Positions 9,557 to 20,500 of a stretch of 64,000 bases of DNA are shown here, one piece after another; within the stretch, counting starts at the first letter, position 1; every line of letters starts with the position of its first letter. The translations under genes were made by a program, and so were the position numbers. The stretch comes from Nitrospirota bacterium (GTDB lineage: Bacteria; Nitrospirota; UBA9217). Where the stretch lies: the NCBI GenBank assembly GCA_035516155.1, contig DATJAP010000024.1, positions 30,992-94,991 of the forward strand, in the 5' to 3' direction. The notes under the pieces were generated by a model. The model made no database searches. It was not told the DNA's origin and saw only the letters and a list, made by a program, of their open reading frames with translations.

Positions 9557-10332
9557 AAAAGGCGGAGAACCATGCGAGGGCAGCAATGTTTGACGTATTT
9601 TTCAGCGAAAGAGCTGCGGCTCCCCGGCCGGTGCCGGCACAGGAATTCGTTGTTTCTCTCTCCTGAAGACTGCATCCGGAAAAAATTTCAATCCTGGCTC
9701 TTTTCATCGTGATGTCCTGATTCGCTGCCTTCCGTTTGTCTCCGGTTTTCAGGACCATCCCCCTTTTAATATTCGAATTGGATTACAAGACAAGTGACAG
9801 TCTCACAACTTCGCCCGTCATGTGATCATTGCGTTTTGCAGTTGAGCAGGGCCTTTGGCCGATGCAAGCGCATTTGCCCTCGCAGGCCTTTAAGAGCTCG
9901 ACATGGGCTCAAAAAGCTGTATTCCGCGGTGATGATCTTCACTTCATGTCTCTTCCACCAGATGCTTGTTGACAATACTGCCCCTCCCAAGGCCCACGAG
10001 GATATTCCGTACCTTTTTAATGATAGTTGCATCGAACCCGCCATGTTACTTAGCCAGGGGAGTGAACTGTCTTTGCCTACAACTAATGAACGAGTAGAAC
10101 GGAAATTGTCAGATTGGAAGATTGAGAGGCGGCAGTCAGACAAAAAACTGCATGGCCTCATCATGGTATGATAATGGCTGCCTGTAAACTCATCTGTAGA
10201 TAACCCTGCCGTGAAGGGTCTGATCAGTGGCGAAAAACCGGTTCGACTCTGAGCGCCGAAGCGGGAATGCATGACGCTCGGATTGGATTTAAGCCGCTGT
10301 CTCTGTTCGCCGAACCAGGCGAATAAACCGTT

Positions 10333-11742
10333 TCAAAACCCGCTGTTTGCGTTTGTTACAGATTCGGATATTTCTTCCAGCTTCCCGAAGGCTTTGAGGA
10401 TTACCTCGGAAAGAGCCGGGTGAATATGGATACCTTTGGCAAGGGACCAGATGTTTCCGTCTGCGGCCATGGCGTTCACAACCTCTTGGATCAGGATGGA
10501 TGCCTGGGGTCCGATGATATGGAAACCCAGTATTTTTGCTGTCTTCCGGTGCACGATCGCCTTCACAAACCCCTCGGTTTCCATCATCGCCTCTCCGCGC
10601 GCCACGTCGGAGTACATTGCTACGCCCACGAGCAAGTCCTTCAGTCCCACCATTGTAGCTGCCTGTTCTTGAGTCAGACCGACCGAGGCGATTTCGGGCC
10701 ACGAGAATACTGCATGTGGGACGGTCAGGTAGTTCATCCGCGATTTTTTTCCGTGAACGGCATTGTGCCATACGAGTTCGACCTCGTGATTGGCCGCGTG
10801 GCGGAACATCTTTTTGCCGATGGCATCGCCGAAAGCCCAAATGTTCTTTTTCGTTGTCTCAAAAAACTCATCCACGATGATGTAACCTTTTTCGTTCGTT
10901 TTCACGCCCGTGTTCCCGACCATGAGGGCATCGGCATTGGATTTTCTGCCGGCCGCGATGAGAACGTGCCGGGCGGTAATCTCCCTTTGCTTGCCCGTCT
11001 TCCGTTCTTTGGCGACAACGGTGGTTACTTTCCCGGTTTGCCGGATTTCGATTGCCTCCGTATCGGTATAAATCGTCATGCGGCGGGAGAGCGCGGCTTT
11101 TAACAACTTCGACACCTCGGGTTCTTCCTCAGGCACAAGCCGGCTGTTCCGCTGGAGAATGGTCACCTTTGTTCCGACTGCGTCGAAGAAGTGGGCGAAC
11201 TCAACGGCGATGTACCCACCGCCGATGATGACCAGACTTTCGGGCTTTTCCGTAAGCTGGAGGGCTGTCTCATTCGTGAGATACTCGCTGCTTTCAATTC
11301 CTTTGATGGACGGGATGTACGGACGGGCGCCAGAGGCCAGGAACAGGGTTTTGCCTCTGATCTCCTTGTCATTTACCTGGAGAGTATAAGCTCCGGTAAA
11401 GTGCGCTTCTCCGAAATAGAAGTCAAAGTTTTCGGCCTTCGCCAGGGCCTCCTGGATATGATCATGGCCCTGTTTAACGGAAGCTCTCATCCGGGCCATG
11501 ATCGCCGCAAAATCGATTTTCATGATCTCGGCGGTAATCCCGAATTTCTCCGCTTCACGGATTTCCATAATCCGGTCTGCGGGAAATATGATCAGCTTCG
11601 TCGGTATGCAGCCGACATTAAGGCATGTGCCGCCAACGGGGCCCTTGTCCACGAGTGCCACGGTTTTGTTGTGTTCTAGAGCGTCATCGATAAGATTGGT
11701 ACCGCTGCCGGAGCCGACGACAATTATGTCATATTCTTTCAT
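10333..11742 (-). CDS. pyridine nucleotide-disulfide oxidoreductase, Lpd-family paralog
   Basis: GGTCLNVGCIPTK, GSGSGT FAD motif, HIHPALSE C-terminal motif; start chosen at MKEYDIIVVG (ATG 11742). Confidence 0.8.
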   Translation of the reverse strand: MKEYDIIVVGSGSGTNLIDDALEHNKTVALVDKGPVGGTCLNVGCIPTKLIIFPADRIMEIREAEKFGITAEIMKIDFAAIMARMRASVKQGHDHIQEALAKAENFDFYFGEAHFTGAYTLQVNDKEIRGKTLFLASGARPYIPSIKGIESSEYLTNETALQLTEKPESLVIIGGGYIAVEFAHFFDAVGTKVTILQRNSRLVPEEEPEVSKLLKAALSRRMTIYTDTEAIEIRQTGKVTTVVAKERKTGKQREITARHVLIAAGRKSNADALMVGNTGVKTNEKGYIIVDEFFETTKKNIWAFGDAIGKKMFRHAANHEVELVWHNAVHGKKSRMNYLTVPHAVFSWPEIASVGLTQEQAATMVGLKDLLVGVAMYSDVARGEAMMETEGFVKAIVHRKTAKILGFHIIGPQASILIQEVVNAMAADGNIWSLAKGIHIHPALSEVILKAFGKLEEISESVTNANSGF

Positions 11743-12196
11743 GAGTAACCTCTTACTGATTTTAGCATGTTTCATTGAGGAGTCAATGAACAGAGTACAA
11801 GCACGGGCCATTTCAAAAGGAGGAGGCGCCGGAGAGGGAAAATGGGAGGGGCCTCCGGTTCAGAGAACCCTACTCATCCCCTTTGCATTTGATGAACTCG
11901 GTCAGCAAGCAGGACATCGTGCTCTCATTTCCGTGTTCAGTCTCCGGGAGAGAACGCTGGTGCGGGTTCGAGGCTATGTGCGGATAGTTCATCAAACAAG
12001 CTGAAAACTATGCCTCTACGAGCCTGGCATATTATGCGCGAGAAGCTTGCCGTGGGACAATGAAAATCGGAGGGGACTGTGTAGAGATAAAAAAAGTTCA
12101 GAGTCCACTCCTTCCGATCCAAGGTGAAACAACGGAAGTCCTCATGCGTTTTCCGTCTCCTCTGACCTTTGAACTACGAACTCTGAACTGTCTTAT

Positions 12197-12412
12197 TCAC
12201 GCCGCCTTGGGTTTCGATTCCCGCGCGAGGTTGAAGTCAAAGGTGTAGACTCTGAAATCTCCCTCGGGAAAGGCCTTTTTTATCCTGCTGATGAACTCAT
12301 CGAAAACCACTTTCTCATACTGCTGGATGTCGTAATCCCTCGTTTTCTCCGTCACCCCCTGGAGGTCCATGTCCAGGTAGAAATCCATGTCCGGTGAAAT
12401 GCGCACTCTCAT
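12197..12412 (-). CDS. hypothetical 71-aa protein
   Basis: GGAGGTG SD 6 nt before ATG at 12412; co-oriented just downstream of htrA; no recognisable family. Confidence 0.35.
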   Translation of the reverse strand: MRVRISPDMDFYLDMDLQGVTEKTRDYDIQQYEKVVFDEFISRIKKAFPEGDFRVYTFDFNLARESKPKAA

Positions 12413-12527
12413 AATATTCACCTCCATGCTCAGCCTCTGCCCCCGATGGCTTGTTGCAAACGGTGCTCTACTCCAAGTATACCGCTTTCGGTCATCCGGG
12501 GCCGAATCCGGGACGGTCTTCGGGATG

Positions 12528-13988
12528 TTACGGTTTGATCGTGAGATAAATCGAACCGCCTTCTCGATAGATGAGCAGCAGCACGGTATCATGCTCGCCG
12601 ATCTTGGACACAGCCTGCTCGAAATCCTGCGCGCTTTGTATCACATGGTGGTTCACTTCCTGGATCACGTCGTTCGCCTGCAGCAGCCCCTGGGCAGGAC
12701 TGTCGGAACTGACGCTCGTAATCACCACGCCGTTCAGGTTCTCCGGCAGAGCAAGCCGCTCCCGGTTGCTGGGGGTGAGTTCCTCCACCGTGACGCCCTT
12801 CAGAGCATTTTCGTACTCCGCTTTCTTTATGACTTTCTTCTCTTTGTATTCGCCGAGCGTCACCGAGATGGTCTGCTCTTTTCCTTCCCTGATGATCGTT
12901 ACGTCAACCTTGGTTCCCGGTGCAGATGCAGCGACCATATTCCGGAGGCTTGTCGAATCGACGATTTTCTTCCCGTTCATACCCACGATCAGGTCGCCCC
13001 GCTTGAGGCCCGCCTTGTCCGCGGGACTGCCGCTTTCGACGCCAGCGATCAGCGCACCCTCGGTTTCCTTGAAACCCATCGATTTAGCAAGGTCGGGCGT
13101 AAGGTTCTGGATGCTGATGCCCATCCAGCCGCGGATCACCTTCCCATATTTGATAATGCTGTCCATCACGGCTTTCGCCATATCGGAGGGGATGGAAAAA
13201 CCGATGCCCATGTAGCCGCCGCTCGTCGAATAGATCGCTGTGTTGATGCCCACGAGCTCCCCGTCCGAATTCACCAGCGCCCCGCCAGAGTTCCCCGGGT
13301 TGATGGGCGCATCGGTCTGGATAAAGTCCTCAAAATCGGCCAGCCCGATGTTCGATCGACCCACGGCACTTACGATACCCATGGTGATGGTCTGGTTCAA
13401 ACCGAAGGGGTTGCCGATGGCCAGAACGATGTCACCGGTTTTCAGTTTGCTGGAATCGCCGATTTTGATGGTAGGCAGATCCTTGGCATGAATCCTGATG
13501 ACGGCGAGGTCGGTTCTCGGGTCAGTGCCGACGACCTTGCCTTTGAACTCCCGTTTGTCGAAGAGGATCACTTTGATTTCATCGGCACCTTTTACGACAT
13601 GGTTGTTCGTCAGAATATAGCCGTCAGGAGAAACAATGACGCCAGAACCAAGGGCCGAGGATTTATATTTCCGCTTTTGTCCCGGGTTGCCAAACTGATC
13701 GCCGAAAAAATGTCTGAAAAAAGGATCGTTGAACATGTCGCCGAAGGGATTTTCTTCCTCGCTGATTGTTGAGGTCGTGGATATATTTACAACGACCGGT
13801 CTGGCCACCTCGGCAACCTCGGCCAGTGCATTGCTGAGTTTGCCGAGCAACTGTGACGACTCCCGTGAAACGACCTGTTCTTTTGCAAAAGCCGAACCGG
13901 ATGTCGACAAACCGGCCATTAAGACAATGGCGAGAATGATCGCGCTGAACTTTTTATATCCTAAAATATGTTTTGCATAATACTTCAT
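12528..13988 (-). CDS. htrA: periplasmic serine endoprotease DegP/HtrA (Do family, two PDZ domains)
   Basis: catalytic HVV..D..GNSGGAL triad, signal peptide after MKYYAKHIL, two PDZ-like C-terminal repeats. Confidence 0.9.
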   Translation of the reverse strand: MKYYAKHILGYKKFSAIILAIVLMAGLSTSGSAFAKEQVVSRESSQLLGKLSNALAEVAEVARPVVVNISTTSTISEEENPFGDMFNDPFFRHFFGDQFGNPGQKRKYKSSALGSGVIVSPDGYILTNNHVVKGADEIKVILFDKREFKGKVVGTDPRTDLAVIRIHAKDLPTIKIGDSSKLKTGDIVLAIGNPFGLNQTITMGIVSAVGRSNIGLADFEDFIQTDAPINPGNSGGALVNSDGELVGINTAIYSTSGGYMGIGFSIPSDMAKAVMDSIIKYGKVIRGWMGISIQNLTPDLAKSMGFKETEGALIAGVESGSPADKAGLKRGDLIVGMNGKKIVDSTSLRNMVAASAPGTKVDVTIIREGKEQTISVTLGEYKEKKVIKKAEYENALKGVTVEELTPSNRERLALPENLNGVVITSVSSDSPAQGLLQANDVIQEVNHHVIQSAQDFEQAVSKIGEHDTVLLLIYREGGSIYLTIKP

Positions 13989-14192
13989 CTTTGACTCCTC
14001 CTTGTTGTTGGCAGCATTGGATAAATGGGTATAGGTCACGATCTGTGTCCGAGCCATTCCTGCAATCGCAGAGACATTCTTTTTTGACACCAAAGAAGCA
14101 GAAAAGTTAAATGATCTTTCCGAAAACAAAACATTTATCACCTTTATAAATATACTACGATTTTTTAAAAATAGACAGGGTGAGACCGTCTT

Positions 14193-17100
14193 TTAGAGCT
14201 GGATTGTTACTTCGAGCCTGGCGCTGTCGAGAAAGAGGAGGTAGCCTTCCACGGACGTAAGTTTGAACATTTCCCTGACTGCTTCACAGTAAATCTCAAG
14301 CTGCGGCTGGTAGTGGGCTTTCCAGGCAGCAAGGGATTCGTCGCTGTCCAGGAGAATGGCTTTGTAGTCGATGACATAGCCCTTCGTATTCCTGATCACA
14401 ACGCGGTCGATCATGCCGCTCACCAGGGCGGTTCCTCTGTTGTACAGGAAGGTCAGCTCCGAGTAGGAACCGGACGACGGCTCAAAAATCCATGCGAACT
14501 CCCTGTTCGTCAGGACCTTGCGCAGGGTGGCTTGAACATCGTTTGTAAACGCCCGGATAATTTCGACGCCGGTAATGTCGGGGAACTCTGTAATAATGCG
14601 GCCGAGATCATAGGAGCCCGTTTTTGTCTGCTCCTCGAGGCAGCGATGGAGCACACTTCCCCTCGTGAGCGGAGATACGGCAGTCGCTCCGAGTGCGGGC
14701 ATAAACCTTACAAGCGATTCCTCCCGGTCATGGTCTATGAAGTCCGTTGCATTTTTCCATTCGACCGTTTCCGAGTGCGGGATGGGGGAGATGTTGGATA
14801 TGATGCGCCCGATGTCAGCCGGACGTTCGGATTCCTGATTCAGCACCGATTTTTCCGCAGAGGGTGATGAGGGCTCTTTCCTGCGAACGCCTGCGGAGGG
14901 ATGGGGCCAGGCATGGATCACGAGGCCTGCCTGCAATGTTGCTTCTCCGTCGAACAACGGCTTCGGCGCTGCCGTATGGAGATAATCCAGCCACGTGTCC
15001 TGTTTGACCGGTAGTTTCCCCGGTGCGTGCGCGCCGATCATGATCAGGTGGTCGCGGGCCCGGGTCATGGCAACATACAAAAGCCGTTGATGTTCGCGTC
15101 GCAGTTCCTCCTTCTCCCGTTCCCACATCTCGTCGTATAGGGGGTTTGCCCCATCCTTGACAGCCATCCGCAAGCCGTCGCCGCCTTCGACAAGAACAAG
15201 AGGACCCGTTGCGGCTGACTTCGGCTGCTGGTTCATGCCGGGGAGAAACACGATGGGGAACTCGAGTCCCTTGGCTTTGTGTACGGTCATGATGCTTACG
15301 GCGCCTTGAGAGCCGGGCAGATTCAGGTCAGCGGCTGCCTCGCGCTGCTCCGAGTCGCGGATGTTTTTTACACGCTCGACGAAGTCCTGGAGCGTCGTAT
15401 TTCCGCGGCTGTCGAATTCACGCGCCGTGTCGAGCAGCTTGTCGATGTTAAATATCGCCTGCGGGTTCCGCTTCCCGAAACGGACATAGGCGCCGGTGTC
15501 TTCTATAATGGCATGAATCAGGCCAGCCAGCGGAGCGAGGCCCGCGTTCCGCTCCCATCTCCGGAAAAGCTCCCCTGTCTCCGGCCTGCGCTCACGAAGT
15601 GAGTCGACCATGCCGCCATCGTTCTGTTTGAGATCGAAAATATCCCTATCCGTCAGTCCGAAGAGCGGTGACTTGAGTGCCGCGGCAAGGCTGAGCTCGT
15701 CACCGTGGTTCCAGAGGAAGAAAAGAACGTTCAGGATAGCCTGGATTTCATCTTCCTCGTAGAAGCCGATCCCGCCGACGACGCGAAAGGGGATGTTCTC
15801 CTTTTGGAGCGCCGCCTCGTATTCCTTGAGCTTTGTGCGCGATTGGATGAGTATGGCGCAGTCTCCGTATTCCGCGGGGCGGGTCTGCCAGTTATCAGGT
15901 TTCGCGGCATCATTGCCGCCAATGTCAGGAGACGGAGTTTTCTCATAAATAACAGTGCCGCTTCCGATGAGCGCCTTGATTTCCCGAGCAAGCACATCCG
16001 CTTCCGTCAGCTCCTGTCCGGTCTGATCCGGGGTCCCGGGCGCTAATTCGACAAGCCTTACGCTCCCGCAGTGTCCTGTTCGGTCCGTTTCCGAGCGCTG
16101 GTAGGACGCTTCCCAGAGGTGAGCAAAGACCATGTTCACGGTTTCTATGATCTGTTCTGTGGACCGGTAATTTGTATGAAGCGTCAGAATGTTGCATGCG
16201 TCGCCAGGGAGAAGCCTGACCATTTTTTCACGGACGAGTTCGATAAGTCGGTAATTTGCCTCGCGGAAGCGGTATATGGACTGCTTTTCATCACCGACCA
16301 CGAAAAGAGTGGGAGACATGCCTTTATCCGCCCCCAGGCCCGCGAAGAGTTCCTCAGTCAGTCTGCTCAGGACTGCCCACTGGATGTCGCTGGTATCCTG
16401 GAATTCATCCACAAGGAAATGGAGGATCTTCCTGTCAAGCCAGTAGAGGATGTCGGGAGCATCCTTGCCCTGGAGCAGGCGGTAAGCGTAGATTTCAAGA
16501 TCATCGAAGTCAAGCAGACCTTCCCGGAGTTTCGATTCCTGATAGTTTTTTTCAGCTCGCTGAAACAGGGTGGTCAGGCTGAGGACTTTGCGGCCCGCGC
16601 TGATTCGCGAGGAAAGTCCGCGCAAGCGGCCCAGCATCTCCTGGCAGGCAAAGTAGGCTTTCTCGTAGGCATCACGGCTTTTCCCGCTGAACGCCTTTTT
16701 CGCGATCGCGGGGTTTTTGCGAGGCTGGCCTTCTGTCGTGAAATAGAGAGGAACGAAGGACGCGGAAATTTTGACTATCTCATCAATGTCCAGCGCGGTT
16801 GCGATTTTAAGATGGTCCGCGGCCCTGTTTCGCTCATAGAGGTCCTGCTGGGATCGCAGGATGACTTCCATCTCCCGAAAACCCACTTTCCATTCAGCCG
16901 ACGTTACCAGCCTCAGAAGCTCTGCTTCGTCATGTTCTATGCCCATGGCTGATTGCAACCCGAGGAGCAGAGCATCGGCCCCCCCTGCGTCGATCTCCAT
17001 GCGCTTCAGTCTCGTCCTGATCGAGAGCAGAAATCCGACGAATGCGAGGAGGTCATTGGCGGAAAACCCTTCCAGTGCGGCCATGAGCTCCTGATCGTGG

Positions 17101-17522
17101 ACCGACATCTCGAGTGCGTCTTCGATTGACTTCTGAATCTTATACCCCTGATCCTGAGCATCAAGAACACCGAAGTCCGGAGGCAGCCCTGCCTCGATTG
17201 GATATCGTTTCAGCAGGTTCATACAGAAGGAGTGGATCGTCGAGATGCGCAGATCCTGCCTGCCCCTGATGATCTTCTTGAGCATGGTTTCGGGCAGACC
17301 GCGCATAACTCGTTTCTTGATTTCCGCGGCAGCCTTGTCCGTAAAGGTGATGGCCACGGCCTGATCGATGTGGAGACCGCGATTGTCAAGCACATCGAGC
17401 AACGCTAGAAACCGGTCTTTGAGCGCGCGTGTTTTGCCCGATCCGGCGGAGGCGGAAAGATGCACGGACTTGCCGGTGTCAGTGGCTTTTTTCGTGATTT
17501 GATTGTGAAGTTCGACGATCAT
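14193..17522 (-). CDS. addA: ATP-dependent helicase/nuclease subunit A (UvrD-family, AddA-like)
   Basis: Walker A SASAGSGKTRAL, UvrD/Rep helicase motifs, C-terminal PD-(D/E)xK nuclease region; AAGAGGA SD before ATG 17522. Confidence 0.85.
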   Translation of the reverse strand: MIVELHNQITKKATDTGKSVHLSASAGSGKTRALKDRFLALLDVLDNRGLHIDQAVAITFTDKAAAEIKKRVMRGLPETMLKKIIRGRQDLRISTIHSFCMNLLKRYPIEAGLPPDFGVLDAQDQGYKIQKSIEDALEMSVHDQELMAALEGFSANDLLAFVGFLLSIRTRLKRMEIDAGGADALLLGLQSAMGIEHDEAELLRLVTSAEWKVGFREMEVILRSQQDLYERNRAADHLKIATALDIDEIVKISASFVPLYFTTEGQPRKNPAIAKKAFSGKSRDAYEKAYFACQEMLGRLRGLSSRISAGRKVLSLTTLFQRAEKNYQESKLREGLLDFDDLEIYAYRLLQGKDAPDILYWLDRKILHFLVDEFQDTSDIQWAVLSRLTEELFAGLGADKGMSPTLFVVGDEKQSIYRFREANYRLIELVREKMVRLLPGDACNILTLHTNYRSTEQIIETVNMVFAHLWEASYQRSETDRTGHCGSVRLVELAPGTPDQTGQELTEADVLAREIKALIGSGTVIYEKTPSPDIGGNDAAKPDNWQTRPAEYGDCAILIQSRTKLKEYEAALQKENIPFRVVGGIGFYEEDEIQAILNVLFFLWNHGDELSLAAALKSPLFGLTDRDIFDLKQNDGGMVDSLRERRPETGELFRRWERNAGLAPLAGLIHAIIEDTGAYVRFGKRNPQAIFNIDKLLDTAREFDSRGNTTLQDFVERVKNIRDSEQREAAADLNLPGSQGAVSIMTVHKAKGLEFPIVFLPGMNQQPKSAATGPLVLVEGGDGLRMAVKDGANPLYDEMWEREKEELRREHQRLLYVAMTRARDHLIMIGAHAPGKLPVKQDTWLDYLHTAAPKPLFDGEATLQAGLVIHAWPHPSAGVRRKEPSSPSAEKSVLNQESERPADIGRIISNISPIPHSETVEWKNATDFIDHDREESLVRFMPALGATAVSPLTRGSVLHRCLEEQTKTGSYDLGRIITEFPDITGVEIIRAFTNDVQATLRKVLTNREFAWIFEPSSGSYSELTFLYNRGTALVSGMIDRVVIRNTKGYVIDYKAILLDSDESLAAWKAHYQPQLEIYCEAVREMFKLTSVEGYLLFLDSARLEVTIQL

Positions 17523-17562
17523 GTTCCTCTTTTTGACGAGTTGGCCCCGGGAGATCCGGGGC

Positions 17563-20500
17563 CTATCGTTCCTCGTTTCTGCACATGATGCCGTTCGGGC
17601 AGTACCGGCATTTGTTTTCATCTTGCGGTTTGGGCGTATAGTCGCCAGCGAGAATCCCTTCGACTGCCTTGCGGGCCTTGTTCATGCTTTGTTTTAAAAT
17701 CGCATCGAATTCCTCACTGCTCCTCGGGCTTGCCTTGGGTTTTGACGATGGCTGGTCGCTCAGAACCTCTTTGTCAAAGAGCACGACGTCGCGCGCGGCC
17801 CCCCCGACCCTTCCCGACAGGTCGTAATAAACGAGTCCCACGGGCATCTTCAGAACAGGGCTTCCGGATTTCAGCGCTGTCCGGGCCATGGCGGCATAGA
17901 CCGGCAGCTGGAAGATGTCCTGATCAGCGCTCATTTTCGGCTGAGGATACTTGCCCGTCTTGTAGTCTACGATCATGAAATTGCCGCTTTCATCGGCGTC
18001 GATGCGGTCAATCTTGGCCGAGAGCTCGACTTCCATTCCATTCGACAGAACAAGACGATATCCTTCGATTTTCCACTCAAGGTATGCCGGCCTCATTCCC
18101 TGCTGCCAGAATTTTTCCTCGGAGTCGAGGAAGCGCTCGGCCATGATCGCAAGAAACATTTCCTTGTCGCGCCGGTTGCGGAACGTGTCAGCTTCGGCCT
18201 TAAAAGCGGAATCTGCCAGCTTGCCCAAGAGAGCGCGGGCTTCCCCGCGGTTTTCCCCAGTGATGGCTTCGTTCCAGGAAAGGTAGAAGTTTCGCAGGAT
18301 TGCATGCACTTTGCTGCCCCGATCGAGGGGAGAAATGTCCTCGGTCACTTCCTCGAGCGGCTTCATGCCGAGAACCTTGAGGACGTAGTAATCATAGGGG
18401 CAATTAAGATAGGTGTCCAGCTCCGTAACGGTGAACCCCCGTTTCAGCGGCAGGACAAGCGGTGAGGCCGATTCGGCCGGATGATAGTCGATGGCCGATT
18501 GGATGCCGGCCATCCCTTTTATAGGTGCGTTCAGGATGGTTGACAGCCTCCGGCCGTAGCCGTTGACGGCGATTGCCTTGGCCAGCTCGGGGATGCTGCG
18601 GCTCTCCTCGATCTTCAGGCTGAACTGGATGCCCGAGGTTTTCTCAACGCCTCTGTTGATCAGACCGGCTTTCCTGAGCGGGGCAAGTTCTTCCAGGAAA
18701 GGCGACGGCACCGAGGGCTGGTCCCCTTCATGCTCCGGATAGCTGAGCGTCACGCTCGCTGCTGAAAGCAGAAGCCGGTAGAAGTGATGGGCCGCGGCCA
18801 TGCGCGCCCGCTCGAGCGTGCGTACGCCGAGGGATTCGAGGGTAGCTTCGGGCAGGAAAATGTTTTGCGGCAAACGCTGGGGGAAGTTGGCGTCTGTGAG
18901 GCCGCCGAGATAGATCTCGTTCCATGCATGGCCTCTACTTTCGCTCAGGCCCAGTATCTGGACCCCGCCTTCATCTTCCGGGGGAACCTGGAACCGCGTA
19001 TGCATGAACGTCTTTCTCAGCAGGAAATGCCATTCGCCGAAGGTGTACCGGTATTCGGGGAAGAGGTTTCCCGCGCGGCCGAGGGATGCCAGCGTTTCAA
19101 TCAGCTTTTTGTAAGCCTGGGAGTTAATGTTGAGCGGTCCTTTAATGGCCTCAACGCGCACTCCAAGGTCTGACCAGGCCATGAGGTCGGCGAGTTTTTT
19201 CATCCAAAGGGCGAGGGGAGCCGACTCCTCTGCAGAAAAGGGATCCAGGGCTTTGAACAGATCGGCCACAAGGTCCGTGAGGATATCTCCGTCGCCGTTG
19301 TCACGGGACTGATATCGAAGCGCTGCAAGCAGTTTATACTTTCCTCCGGGAATGCGCCGGTCCCGCATGAGGCGGTCAAGAGCCGGAGCAACGAGTGGAT
19401 GTTCGCCGAATTTCAAAAAGGGCGAGCTGACGATCCTCATCAGGGAAGGGCCGGAGAAATCCTCCTGGACCGCCCGAAGCAGCGACAGTATGGCCATGGT
19501 CACAGGAGACGTGCTGAGCTGCCTGCCGAGCGCCCGGTTGTAGGGTATGCCGAAGTCATTGAAGAGTTCTTCCACAAGCGGCCCGTACTCATCGAGCGCG
19601 GGAAAAGCCACAAGGATGGAATCCGGCGCCGCGCCCAGCCGGAGGGACTTTTTTACCTCCCCGGCGATGAGCGACACCTCCTCCCGAATGCTGACGGCAG
19701 AAAGGACCCGGATATTCTTGTTAAAGGAATCAGGCTGCGGCGCCTTCTCCGCCACCAGGGCAAAAGGTTTGTCCGAAAAAAGCGCCTCGCTCAAAAACCG
19801 GTCTTCAGGGCTTGCCGCAGCCGCGGACGGTCCGGGCGAGAGGCCGATGCTGCCGAGAAAGTCCTTGGTCAGCCGAAGTGGATGGTGTTCGCCTGCGCGC
19901 CTGATGCTTTCCGCCGACGGGGCGTCGACGAGGATGGTGCAGCCGGGGTGGACCGCAATTTTTCTGATGAGCCGCGCCTGAATCTCGTCGACATCATTGA
20001 TCCCGTCGATAATGATCTGGGCATAAGGCGACAACCATGCCGGGTCAAACCGGTCCGTAAGAAGCATGAGCGTTCCGGCGGGGTCGAGGAGGTTTTTCTC
20101 CGCCATCATTTTTTCATACCGCTCATAGGCATCAACGAGCAATTTGACCTGGCTCTTGTCCGAGAAATCGCTGTCCCTGACTGTTGCTGTGAGCTGCTGC
20201 GAAGCGATGCCCGCCGAAGAAAGCTGTTCGAGCATGTCCGCCACGACCGCGGATAGGGATGGGGCAAGGATATCGGGTTGATCACCGAAAGAGGATTTTC
20301 CCGTAATCAGTTCCTTGACGACCCCTTCGAGCAGAACGAGCCTGCTGTTCTCGTCCATGAGCAGCGGCCCGTTGATTTTTGCATAGAGGTGATACAGGAA
20401 CTGATGGAGGGTCCGGACTTCGGGTTGCACCAGAGCGGCTGACCCGTGAATCCGCGCGACTGCATCCAGGAAAAGACGGCCATAGGACCGCTTCATTCGT

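Noticed and set aside
8495-9586. 363-codon antisense ORF within lpd
   Set aside because: Fully embedded opposite a gene with unambiguous Lpd motifs; no start context.
9794-10171. 125-codon ORF in the lpd-lpd spacer
   Set aside because: Cys/Arg-rich low-complexity translation, no RBS, no homology recognised. The interval is treated as non-coding, although a small protein cannot be excluded.
10225-10260. tRNA/tmRNA-like GGTTCGACTC motif in the lpd intergenic tract
   Set aside because: The flanks do not form a T-stem, an acceptor stem or a CCA end; it is an isolated resemblance.
12387-13772. 461-codon + frame ORF antisense to htrA
   Set aside because: Opposite the DegP catalytic-triad region; Arg/His-rich translation with no motifs.
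19399-20256. 285-codon + ORF antisense to addB
   Set aside because: Embedded antisense frame, Arg-rich, no RBS.
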